DNA of 64,000 nucleotides from Octopus sinensis (lineage: Eukaryota). A program made the translations under genes and the position numbers. Positions 51,571-62,434 of this stretch are shown in pieces (positions within the stretch are counted from its first letter, which is position 1; each line of letters opens with the position of its first letter). The notes beneath the pieces were generated by a model. The model had not been told where the DNA came from. It did no database searches and saw only the letters and a program-made list of their open reading frames with translations. The DNA lies in assembly GCF_006345805.1 (NCBI RefSeq), contig NC_042998.1, forward strand, positions 104,160,001 through 104,224,000. Reading direction: 5' to 3'.

Positions 51571-52103
51571 ATCCAGAAACTGGAAGAAGGCCGTCGTGTG
51601 TGTGTGAGTGTGCGTGCATAATATATATATGTGTGAGTGTGTCGTGCATATATATATATATATATATATGCACGCACACTCACACACACACGACGGCCTT
51701 CTTCCAGTTTCCACTACCAAATCCTCTCACAAGGTTTTGGTCGGCCCGAAGATATAAATAGAGACAATTGTCGATGGTGCCATGCAGTGGGATTGAACCA
51801 GGACTATGTAGTTGGAAAGCAAGCGCTTTACCACACAGCCTATGCAATTCATATAAATGGCAAGATGGTCAAATCTGAAAAGTTGGAAAATAAACTCTGA
51901 CTCGATAGAAGCAGAGTGAAATAAGTTGTGTTTGTAAAAATTTCGTTTGCTTTGCTTAGCAAAACAATAGAATGGAATTTGCGATCAATTACTAAAGGCC
52001 ATTTTAGTCATGGTATTTCTTTATGGAACCCAAATTATCCTCTATTCGTAAGAATTGATTATGGAATAGAACGCATAAGTTCTTCCAGTAAATTACCTAA
52101 CAC
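50518..52103. repeat. large palindrome (arms 51073-51498 and 51669-52103) plus a third direct partial copy (50518-50793)
   Basis: Arms are reverse complements differing mostly by 1-nt indels; the centre consists of (TA)n and short fold-back units. Confidence 0.95.
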
Positions 52104-52104
52104 C

Positions 52105-52320
52105 AAGGCAGTGAGTTAGCTGAATCGTTGGCACTCCGGACAAAATTCCTAGCGACATTTCGTCCGTCATAACGCACTGGGTTCAAATGCCACCGGGGTC
52201 GGCTTCGCTTTTCATCCTTTCGGGGTTAATAAAATAAGTAACATTTGAGCCCAGTAGTTGACTTAATCGATTTAGCCCCTCCTCTGAAATGTTTGGCCTT
52301 ATACCGAAATTTGAAACCAA
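52105..52320 (+). mobile_element. decayed SINE family A (tail type 2) with about 15-bp TSD
   Basis: TSD taaattac(ct/tc)aacac at 52089-52103 and 52321-52335; core ttttcatcctttcggggttaataaaataagta. Confidence 0.85.
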
Positions 52321-52751
52321 TAAATTACTCAACACATGTCAGTTGCTTGCAGAACATTAATTGAATTTTAGACTGTAAAACCAAAAAACTTAGCTATTAC
52401 TTTTTAAGTGCGTGGGGTTCCTGAGAGAATTATCTTATTGATATATTCCACTACTTTGCTTGTACCACAATCGTTTCATCAGACATGCTCATCATTGCCG
52501 TTATTTTATTTTATCAAGTGTATTCTTATATTGCAGTTTTGTTGTTATTATTGTTGTTACTTCAGTTTTATCTTTTACTCATTAATTTCCCCGACCAACT
52601 TTCTGCTCTTTCACAGAATCTCTTGTCCTTATTTCCCTTCTCATTGTCTCTTATTTATTTCAGTGTCATCTCTCTCTCTCTCTTTCTTGCTTTCTGTCTC
52701 ACGCTCTCTTGCTCCGCTTAAGTCTCTTTATTCATTACACAAGCACACACA

Positions 52752-52789
<38 letters not shown>

Positions 52790-53304
52790 GCACACTCATG
52801 CACACTCATGCACACACACACACACGTACGTACACACACACACATACATTCTCTATCCCACACACGCACACTTACTCACACACACATATTTACATATATA
52901 TTCACCAACACACAGATTAACCCCCCAAACCTTCATTAAGCAATCTTTGAATATTATAAATTTATTCTCTAAAATTCGTTAATTTTCGTGCTTGTGCATG
53001 TATATAATTGTCCATTAAATTATTAATCTTTCATCTCTACTTCACTAAGTTGGCAGAGATTTCTACCTTTTTCGATAAGACCTAATGAGATCAAAACATT
53101 ATCCGGAGTTTCTCTCGTACGTCTAGGTGTAACCAAAATTATAAAAAGTCATTGAGATCATGTCTTTTTCTCATCACATAATTATTTCTGCTTAGCTTTC
53201 TTAAGACTCACGTTTTAAACTTAGTAACACTAAGTTGAAAGTAGTTATTGGTTTCGTGTCGGCAGGCCGATGACGATTCATCTTTCTATTTATATTCTAT
53301 TCTT

Positions 53305-53708
53305 TCTTTTTCTTTTACTTGTTTCAGTCATTTGACTGCGGCCATGCTGGAGCACCGCCTTTAGTCGAGCAAATCGACCCCGGGACTTATTCTTTGTAAG
53401 CCCAGTACTTATTCTATCGGTCTCTTTTGCCGAACCGCTAAGTGACGGGACTAAACACACCAGCATCGGTTGTCAAGCAATGCTGGGGGACAAAACACAC
53501 AAAACACACACATACACACACACTATATATATATATACATATATACGACAGGCTTCTTTCAGTTTCCGTCTACCAAATCCACTCACAAGGCATTGGTCGG
53601 CCCGGGGCTATAGCAGAAGACACTTGCCCAAGATGCCACGCAGTGGGACTGAACCCGGAGCCATGTGGTTGGTTAGCAAGCTACTTACCACACAGCCACT
53701 CCTGCGCC
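53305..53708 (-). mobile_element. SINE family B, full length and young-looking
   Basis: Head ggcgcaggagtggctgtgtggtaag; nearly identical to 60894-61242 over the shared region. Confidence 0.95.
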
Positions 53709-53747
53709 TATGTTGCATTTAAGACAAAAAAATAATTTCTTTATATT

Positions 53748-53985
53748 GGCGCGGGTGGGGCTGTGTGGTAAGAAGTTTGTTTCCTAACTACATGGTTCCG
53801 GGTTCAGTCCCACTGCGTGGTACCTTGGCCAAGTGAATTCTACTATAGACCCAGGCTAATCAAAGCCTTGCGATAAAATGAATAAGTACTAGGCTTTACA
53901 AAAAATAATAAGTTCAGGGATCTAAAATTCTTCAAGGCGATGTCCCAGCATGGCTGCAATCTAATAACTGAAACAAGTAAAGGAA
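53748..53985 (+). mobile_element. SINE with family B head, shorter body and family-B-type tail
   Basis: ggcgcgggtggggctgtgtggtaag, ggttccgggttcagtcccactgcgtgg, tail cccagcatggctgcaatctaataactgaaacaagta. Confidence 0.85.
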
Positions 53986-54599
53986 TAAGATAAAAGAACA
54001 TGAAATGTGACTGAGAATATCATTAATGTTTCTGATTGATTGAATAGCAGTGGTAAGGAGTATTTCAGCCTGTTATTCCCTACTGATCCGCTTTCATTAT
54101 TGTAATAGATTTTATCATGACACATGGTGGGAAGACACTGCAAGAATGGGGACCCAACTGACCGACATTGTGTCAAGTTGTGGTGGTTAGTTAAAGACGT
54201 GCATACAATGATTTAGGCATGAGAAAGTGAAACAAATGAAGTACTAAGAAGTGGACTGAATAAGTACGTGAATGAGTGACAGCAACAGCCTTTTACAACA
54301 AGAGCCACAAAGATAGGTTCTCAACAGAAAGTAAGTGTGAGAGGATCGAAAAGACAGAAATAAAGAAAAGCTGTAGAATAAAAGTGTGTACGAATTTGTG
54401 TGAGTGCAGTTAAGGAAGATAGTGAGTTTTGAAGAGAGAGAGAGAGAGAGAGGGAGAGAGGGGAGAGGGAGCATGTGTGTGAGAGAAAGAGAGAGAGAGG
54501 GGGATTGAGAGAGGGAAAGAAAGCGAGTCGGGGTAGATAGATCGACAGACATAAACAAACCTCGATAAGAAACACAGATAGCAAAGTATACATACAGAG

Positions 54600-54628
54600 A
54601 TAAGAGACAGACAGACAGACAGACAGAC

Positions 54629-54660
<32 letters not shown>

Positions 54661-54661
54661 C

Positions 54662-54742
<81 letters not shown>
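54600..54742. repeat. (GACA)n/(GATA)n array
   Basis: Directly visible. Confidence 0.95.
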
Positions 54743-55119
54743 CAGACATTAAGAGCAAGAACAGAAATACTAAGGAGAAATGCTATGAGAGATTAAAAAG
54801 TCTATGATAATAAATGAAAAATAAACCTGACTTAACAACAGCATTAACAAAAATGATATCAATATATGAATAAACTTGATAAATAGAAAAGAAAATCAAT
54901 GAAGATGTGCGATGAATAATGGCGGTAAAAACAGAGTTGAAGTTAGAAGTAAGAAAGAAAAGAAATAATAAATAAAAGTAGATATACATAAATACATAAA
55001 TGTAAATAAATGTGCCTTAAAAATTTATTTTAAAAAACATTTTATATACTGCAGAAATAATAATAGAAATTTAGAGCAAAAAAATACAAACAACTTTTAT
55101 TTAAAAGTGATAATGATGT

Positions 55120-55281
55120 TGTTATCAATGATGAAACTGATGATGATGATGATAATGATGGCGTTAGTGATGATGAAGATAATAGTAATAACCACTACCA
55201 CCAACACTCCAACAACAACAACAACAACCAAACTAAATAATAATGATGATGATGATGATGATGATAATAATAATAATAATA

Positions 55282-55344
<63 letters not shown>

Positions 55345-55800
55345 GCATTGAAGTTGCAGTAAATAATAATATTTTTTTTTGCTTTTTAAAATAAAAATTC
55401 AAAATAAAAATACAGGTCAAATTGAAAGAAGTGAAATTTTGTAAAGGGTTTTTTTTTATTTATCTTTTTTTTTTTGCTTCTTCTGCTTTGGTTCGTCGAT
55501 TGTAATATTCCACGAGTTATGGAATTAAGACGTTCAGCTATTTTCACAGTCTCAGCTTCCTGGGCGGGAACAGAACAGCCACCACAACGCATGACACCCC
55601 GACATTGTAATTGTATCTCTTTGGTAAAATGGCGTCGAACGACTATTCGCTTCTATGCAGCTTGCTGGTGACTACTACTACTACTACTACTACTACTACA
55701 TCTTCTTCTTCTTCTTCTTCTTCTTCTTCTTCTTCTTCTAGTTTGGCTAGCAGCAGCAGTAGTAGCAGCAGCAGTAGTAGCAGCAGCAGTAGCAAAGTAG
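55120..55800. repeat. trinucleotide arrays (GAT, AAC, AAT, ACT, TCT, AGC/AGT)
   Basis: Directly visible. Confidence 0.85.
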
Positions 55801-55929
55801 TAGATAGGTGAAAGTTGGTTGGTATGGATTGTACAGAAGGCGGAAGAGCGGAAGGACGGTTGGTGAATGGGAATTTCAAAAGGAACGAACAATAAAATGT
55901 GTACAAAATGTTCCTGTGTATTTTAAGTG

Positions 55930-55960
<31 letters not shown>

Positions 55961-56589
55961 ATATATATATATAATATATATATATTATATATATATATAT
56001 AATATATACACGTGCGTTTTTAAGTACATTTTTATGTAAGTATACATGCATACATATATATATATACATATGAAACATACATACATGTATGTGTGAGTTT
56101 GGGTATGTGTTTGCAAGACAGAAAGGGAAAACAGAAAGAGCAAGGGACATAAATATAATAGGAAAGAGAAGAATGGCAATGGTGGTGGTGATGGTGGTGG
56201 AAAGAAAAATTGACGAGGAAGAATAATAAATACAGGATATGAAATGGAAGCTTAGTAAATCCTATAATTTGATGTATACTGAAGAAATTAAAGTTACAGA
56301 TGGAAACAAAACCTTTAGGAGAACAAAAAGGAGAGTGGAAGTAAAAAGTAGAGATTATATCAAAGAGACAAGAAGAGCGAGAGAGCGGAAGAGAAGAGAA
56401 CGGAAAGACAAACAATGGAAGGAGGTGTGTACGTTATCATCCACGCATTTCATGTTAGGCGTGTACGTTTGAGCGTATGTGTGTATAACGTGTATAAAAA
56501 CGCACATACGTATGTACATATCCATATATACAACATATACTTAATGTACGTATGTATATAGCATGCTTGCAGTTTATATATATGTATAT

Positions 56590-56620
<31 letters not shown>

Positions 56621-56835
56621 TCTATATATATATATATATATTGCAATCCGCTTATCATGATCACTTGGACAAGGCATTTCTGATAACAATAACAGGCTGA
56701 TAACATAAAAATCTACAGAGCATGGGACCCATAGATAGTGTATGTGTGGTTGTGTGCGTACGTGTGTGTGCGCGTGTGTGTGTGTATAAGTGAATGTATG
56801 AATCTATATTTATATATGTCTGTGTATGTATGTTG

Positions 56836-56881
<46 letters not shown>

Positions 56882-57018
56882 TATATGTATATATACATAT
56901 GTATACACACACAACATACGCGCTCACAACACATACACAAACTCACACACATATACATGTAACATCGTGCTCTGTTGGACCCCACATTAAGTTGGCAAAT
57001 ATATTTTACGATAAATAG

Positions 57019-57074
<56 letters not shown>

Positions 57075-57540
57075 ATATATATTTGTATATATAATATGTG
57101 TGTATATATATATATGTATCTATATGTGTATATATATGTATATAAATATGTATATATATCTATGTTCATTTATATGTATATATATTTATATATTTACACA
57201 CACACACACATATATATATAATCTGTGCATGTATGTGTGTACGCATGTAAGCTGAATACAGTGTGCAGACGTACTTATATATTTGTGTATTCGTAGATAT
57301 TCTTTGAGACTTGTGAATGTGTAAGAGGATGGGTGAAGGTTTTTCGGTAAGTTTAAAACGTGTAAATACATCAAATGAATTCGAAAATTAAATAAAGTTA
57401 AAGAAAGCAACTTTCAATTCAGAATTAGATCAAAGAGTTATAAAAGAAAACCGAGACGAACTGGAAATTTTTGTCATTATTTTTAAAAGTTGGTGTCTCC
57501 CTCTCAATTTTGTCATCTATACTTTCTCTTTCTTTCTTGC

Positions 57541-57573
<33 letters not shown>

Positions 57574-57848
57574 TCACAAACGCGCTCGCACATATATATA
57601 TATATATAGACATGTATCTATGTGTGTGTACGGAGATAAATGAATATAGAAAAAGTAGACAAGATACAAGATTGAAGACTAAAATGAAAGCGAAAAAAAA
57701 AATGAAAAGGAAAATTCACTGAAAGCAGACGATTTAAAATTTATATATAAAAAATATAGAAATAAACGTTTCAACTTAAATATCCTTTCCATTGAAAAGT
57801 CATATACATACATACATACATACATACATACATACATACATACATACA

Positions 57849-57884
<36 letters not shown>

Positions 57885-58410
57885 TATAATCATTTGTATG
57901 CTTATTCATATATATTCTTGAAATGAAAAGAAAATGAATTGAAAAGTGAACAAAAAATATCAAAACAATAATGAAAACTATGAAAGAAGAGACATCAATA
58001 TGCAAAATGAAAGAAATTGTAAGAATTGGTGGGAGCAAGTGTGATCCTTTATTTTAATAAAAGAGCAAGTAATAACAAGCAAAAGAGAAACTTCAAAAGA
58101 CTTAAAGGATGCTATTCTATGAAGTGATCTGAGGGGAAAGGAGCATCTTCAGAGCGAAATAGACAAACGAGAAGAAATAATTTAAAGAAAAAATGTTAAA
58201 GCTGATTTTACGTGCAAACTTCTTTAAAAAAGAAAAAAACGTAAAGAATCTTGATTTGGAAAGTCTTTCAATAATAGAATAATTTTATAATGAAATAAAA
58301 TGAAATTTCTCTCGTCTGTCCGTGTTAGATGTGTGTATGTTGACATCCACCATACATGTAAACATTCATACTAGATCACACATAAAAATCTATGTGTATA
58401 TTTGCACATG

Positions 58411-58445
<35 letters not shown>

Positions 58446-58508
58446 GTATATATTTATTTATATGCAGTTTATACACACACATATATATACAGGTACATAC
58501 ATACACAA

Positions 58509-58586
<78 letters not shown>

Positions 58587-59424
58587 ATGATGGCCGCTTC
58601 CTCGTTCTTGCGTATGAGATGACAATGCAGGTACTTCAAGCAATGCACATGCAGGATGCTTTTGAATGTGAAGAGAAGCCTTGCACAAAACCAATCCCGG
58701 TCTCTGTGCAACGATGACAGGTGCCCCTAAAACAAAAAGAAGTAACCGACATCATTGGTTGCATCGAGTCGCATATTTTAAATTGGATTCTTCCTTCTCT
58801 TAGAGTGATCCTCTAACAATGACAAGGGCGCTACTCATTCCCCATTATGTAGTACACTATGCTTACAATCTTATTCTCATAGCTTTCTGCTGACTGAATC
58901 TATTGTGCCTGCCCATTGTTGAAAAAGTACCAATCCTTTGCACGGCCTCTGTGTTTCCTGCACTAAAGTCACCATTTTGCCGATGGTTACTGCAGTAACT
59001 ATTGCTGACCTTCAGAAATAACCAGAACGAGCTTGTGTGCACAGTCACAGTATTGGATAGCCGTTGACATTGAGACGTTCGTCCGCCCTTTGACAGATGC
59101 CGGAGCAGGCTTCTGCTCCGGCATCTCGTCAGTTATTAATGCAAACAAAAATGCTATGAAAATGACCGTTAAATAAAGGGAAATTACTATGAAGATGACC
59201 GTTATTAAGACAAACAGAAGAGCTACGAGAATGATCATTAAATAAAGAGAAATTACCCGAATCCAGGGAAAGTAAAACTACTCGAAGAAGGTAAAACCCC
59301 GCTCATAGAATCCACGTATGCGTGGATGCTCATACATACACATTCGCGCACGCACACCCACGTGCATGTGCATATATGCATATACTCACTCACACTCGCA
59401 TGAAACACATAGCATAACTACAGA

Positions 59425-60390
59425 TACCAACCTGACGGTTGTCAATTTTCTAGATGCACCCTTAGATTTAAATAAGAATATTTACAAACCTTATAGGCAG
59501 CCCAACGATAGACTTAGTTATATTAATGTAGGTTTCTGCCATACCCCCAGTGTGTTTAAGAATTTTGTTATAAACTTTAGCAAGAGAATTTCTAGCCTCT
59601 CCTTCGATAGAAACATTTTTAATAGTGTTGCCCCAATATATAATAAAGCTCTTAAAGATAGTGGATTTAGCGAGGAAATAACCTATACACCTGCCAACAA
59701 TCCAGTAATAAAGAAAAGGAAAAATAAGAATAGGAAAAATATTTGTTTCACACCTCCTTACTCCCCTGAAGACCTTTAATATAGGTAAATATTTCTTATC
59801 TCTTATAGATAGACATTTTCAAATCAATCATAATTATAGAAAGCTCTTCAATAGGCATAACCTAAAAATTAGTTTTAGCTCAACTACTAATTTTAAAAAT
59901 ATAATTGCACACAACATACAAAAACAACAAAATAAAACCAGCTGTTCATGCAGGGATAAAAATTTGTGTCCGCTAAGTGGAGCTTGCATGTCCGAGACCA
60001 TCATTTTTGAAGCCACCGTAGACTCTACAAACACTAAGGACATAGTTTCGTCAAAGAAATATGTGGGTCTCACAGAGGGGAATTTCAAAGCCAGGTTCAA
60101 CAAGCTTCAGACACTGGGAAAAAAGAAATTCAACCAAATTATTCAGTTATATATGGCCCTTAAAAGAAAAAGGTGTCAACTATAACATTCATTGGAAGAT
60201 CTTAGCCAAGTGTAAGCCTTGCACCAACGGCAGTAGAAAGTGCGATCTTTGTGTTATGGAAAGATGGCTTATCTGGAAAAGCTCCTTAGGTTCCGCTACA
60301 TGTTTAAATTCAAGAACTGAACTTTTCGGATCATGTCCACACATGGTTAAATATTTGTTACGTTTTCGTCCCCCACCAAGACCACAGGTA
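59425..60390 (+). pseudogene. PLE RT thumb plus C-terminal GIY-YIG endonuclease, frameshifted
   Basis: VNFLD..LDL...YKPYRQPN, KRISSLS, ICFTPPYS, SCSCRDKNLCPLSGAC, IIFEATV..KKYVGLTEGNFKARF (GIY-YIG variant), SYIWPLK, KCDLCVMERWLI, RTELFGSCPH. Confidence 0.9.
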
Positions 60391-60893
60391 GAACCTGTTT
60401 TTTATATTGTGTCCACGTACAAGCATTTCATTTCTTACATATATATTTTTGTATTTTTACATATTTCTATATATATCTTTTTATATATTTTATTGCTTTA
60501 TATATTTATATATTTTTAGTACATTACCCTTCACTCTGTATATTTGCGCATGTGCATACGGAGACGTGTATATGAACATAATTATGCGTGTATGGGTATT
60601 TATACGTGTGTGTGTGAGGGTGTGTAGGTATATATGTATATGTTTAAATATGTATGGATGCATATATATATATGTGTGTGCGGTTGTGTGTGCATGTATG
60701 TGTTTCACACGAGTGTGAGTGAGTATATGCATATATGCACATGCACATGGATATGTGCGCGCGCATGTGTATGTATGCACACGAGTGCATACGCGGATTC
60801 TATGAGCGGGGTTTTATCTTTAACTAATTTCACTTTTTCCTTGTTTGGGTAATTTCCATTTATTTAACGGTCATTTTCATAGCATTATTGTTT

Positions 60894-61242
60894 CACATGG
60901 TTCCGGGTTCAGTCCCACTGCGTGGCATCTTGGGCAAGTGTCTTCTGCTATAGCCCCGGGCCGACCAATGCCTTGTGAGTGGATTTGGTAGACGGAAACT
61001 GAAAGAAGCCTGTCGTATATATGTATATATATGTATATATATGTGTGTGTCTGTGTTTGTCTGTATATGGTGGTGTGTTTACGTCCCCGTCACTTAGCGG
61101 TTCGGCAAAAGAGAGCGATAGAATAAGTACTGGGCTTACAAAGAATAAGTCCCGGGGTCGATTTGCTCGACTAAAGGCGGTGCCCCAGCATGGCCGCAGT
61201 CAAATGACTGAAACAAGTAAAAGAGTAAAAAGAGTAAAGAGT
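60894..61242 (+). mobile_element. 5'-truncated SINE family B inserted into the PLE 3' terminus
   Basis: Begins cacatggttccgggttcagtccc and ends (gagtaaa)n. The flanks tgttt|c-ttaataa are contiguous (tgtttgcattaataa) in the inverted copy at 59138-59155. Confidence 0.92.
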
Positions 61243-61243
61243 C

Positions 61244-61320
61244 TTAATAACTGACGAGATGCCGGAGCAGCCTTTCTCCCCGACATCCGAAACTCTGAGT
61301 TTTTACTATGGCAACCGACT
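61244..61320 (+). ncRNA. hammerhead-ribozyme-like motif (PLE-type, probably decayed)
   Basis: CUGACGA (61251-61257), stem II GAUG.CGG / CCG.CAUC, C-GAAAC (61288-61293), palindromic stem III ACUC-U-GAGU. One extra C before GAAA; stem I disrupted. Confidence 0.5.
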
Positions 61321-62124
61321 AATTGTCACATATTGAATATATATATATATATATAGTGAAAATTTACAAAAAACAAAAGATGAAGACGGGTGTGTAAACA
61401 GTAAACGGATGTATTAGTTTAACGCTCGTGAAGAGAGAGAGGGAGATTGAGGGAAAAATTTAATTCTAGCTATCATCTTATTAGCACACAATGCCGGGTC
61501 TTGGCTAGTGTAGTATTTCAAAATCAAAAGGAGCTCCATAAGATCGATATGAACCACACACCTACTAGGTAATATCCAGAAGGCTTTATATAAGCCCCTC
61601 AGTGTGTATAATAAAAGTAATAACTAAATGAGGAAAGAAGTCTGTAAACCGACAACACTTTTATTCCACATCTCATACAGCGTTATGCGTTTCATGCAAT
61701 GTTATGCAATAACCTGCAGGTAATATCAAGTGGAAGCTACAAGTGTTCGGTCTATTTATCTATGGTGACAAGCGCAAATTAACTCACCCTAAAACATTCA
61801 TTTGGTCCGTGGTTCCTTCGCATCATTATAATTTGGGAAGCAAGTGGACTAGTGTTGTTTTTTTTTATTTCTATAGATTACGACATGTATGACATAATAT
61901 TGTATGAATTGTATTAGATTGCATATGAAATAAAAATAGTTTCCCTTTACGGAAACAATTGTAATGTCAATTTGACATGTTCTTTCCTCATTATATATCA
62001 ATAAGGAGAAATATTTCACGTTTGGAAATTTTTATATTTTTTATTAATGTATTGCTACATGTATTTCGTCATGATATGGATTTTTATGGGAGTTTCTCAC
62101 CACATACATAAGATATATATTGAA

Positions 62125-62159
62125 TATTATTTATAATAATAATGATAATAATAATAATA

Positions 62160-62219
<60 letters not shown>

Positions 62220-62223
62220 TAAA

Positions 62224-62284
<61 letters not shown>

Positions 62285-62348
62285 TACGATAGATTATTCG
62301 TAAGTTAGTTAGACAGACAAATAGATATATAGATAGATAGATAGGTAC

Positions 62349-62433
<85 letters not shown>
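62125..62433. repeat. (AAT)n followed by (GATA)n arrays
   Basis: Directly visible. Confidence 0.95.

Positions 62434-62434
<1 letters not shown>

Larger units (their letters stand above)
59095..61320 (+). mobile_element. Penelope-like element: inverted 5' copy of the 3' terminus, 5'-truncated RT/GIY-YIG ORF relic, then 3' terminus interrupted by a SINE
   Basis: 59095-59410 is the reverse complement of 60690-60893 plus 61243-61270 (e.g. ggattctatgagcggggtttta, tttaacggtcattttcatagcatt, ttaataactgacgagatgccggagcag). Confidence 0.85.

Noticed and set aside
55624-55811. aaaATGGCG (YY1-like, start-codon-like) followed by MASNDYSLL...
   Set aside because: The ORF runs straight into ACT/TCT/AGC microsatellites and stops; there is no other promoter evidence.
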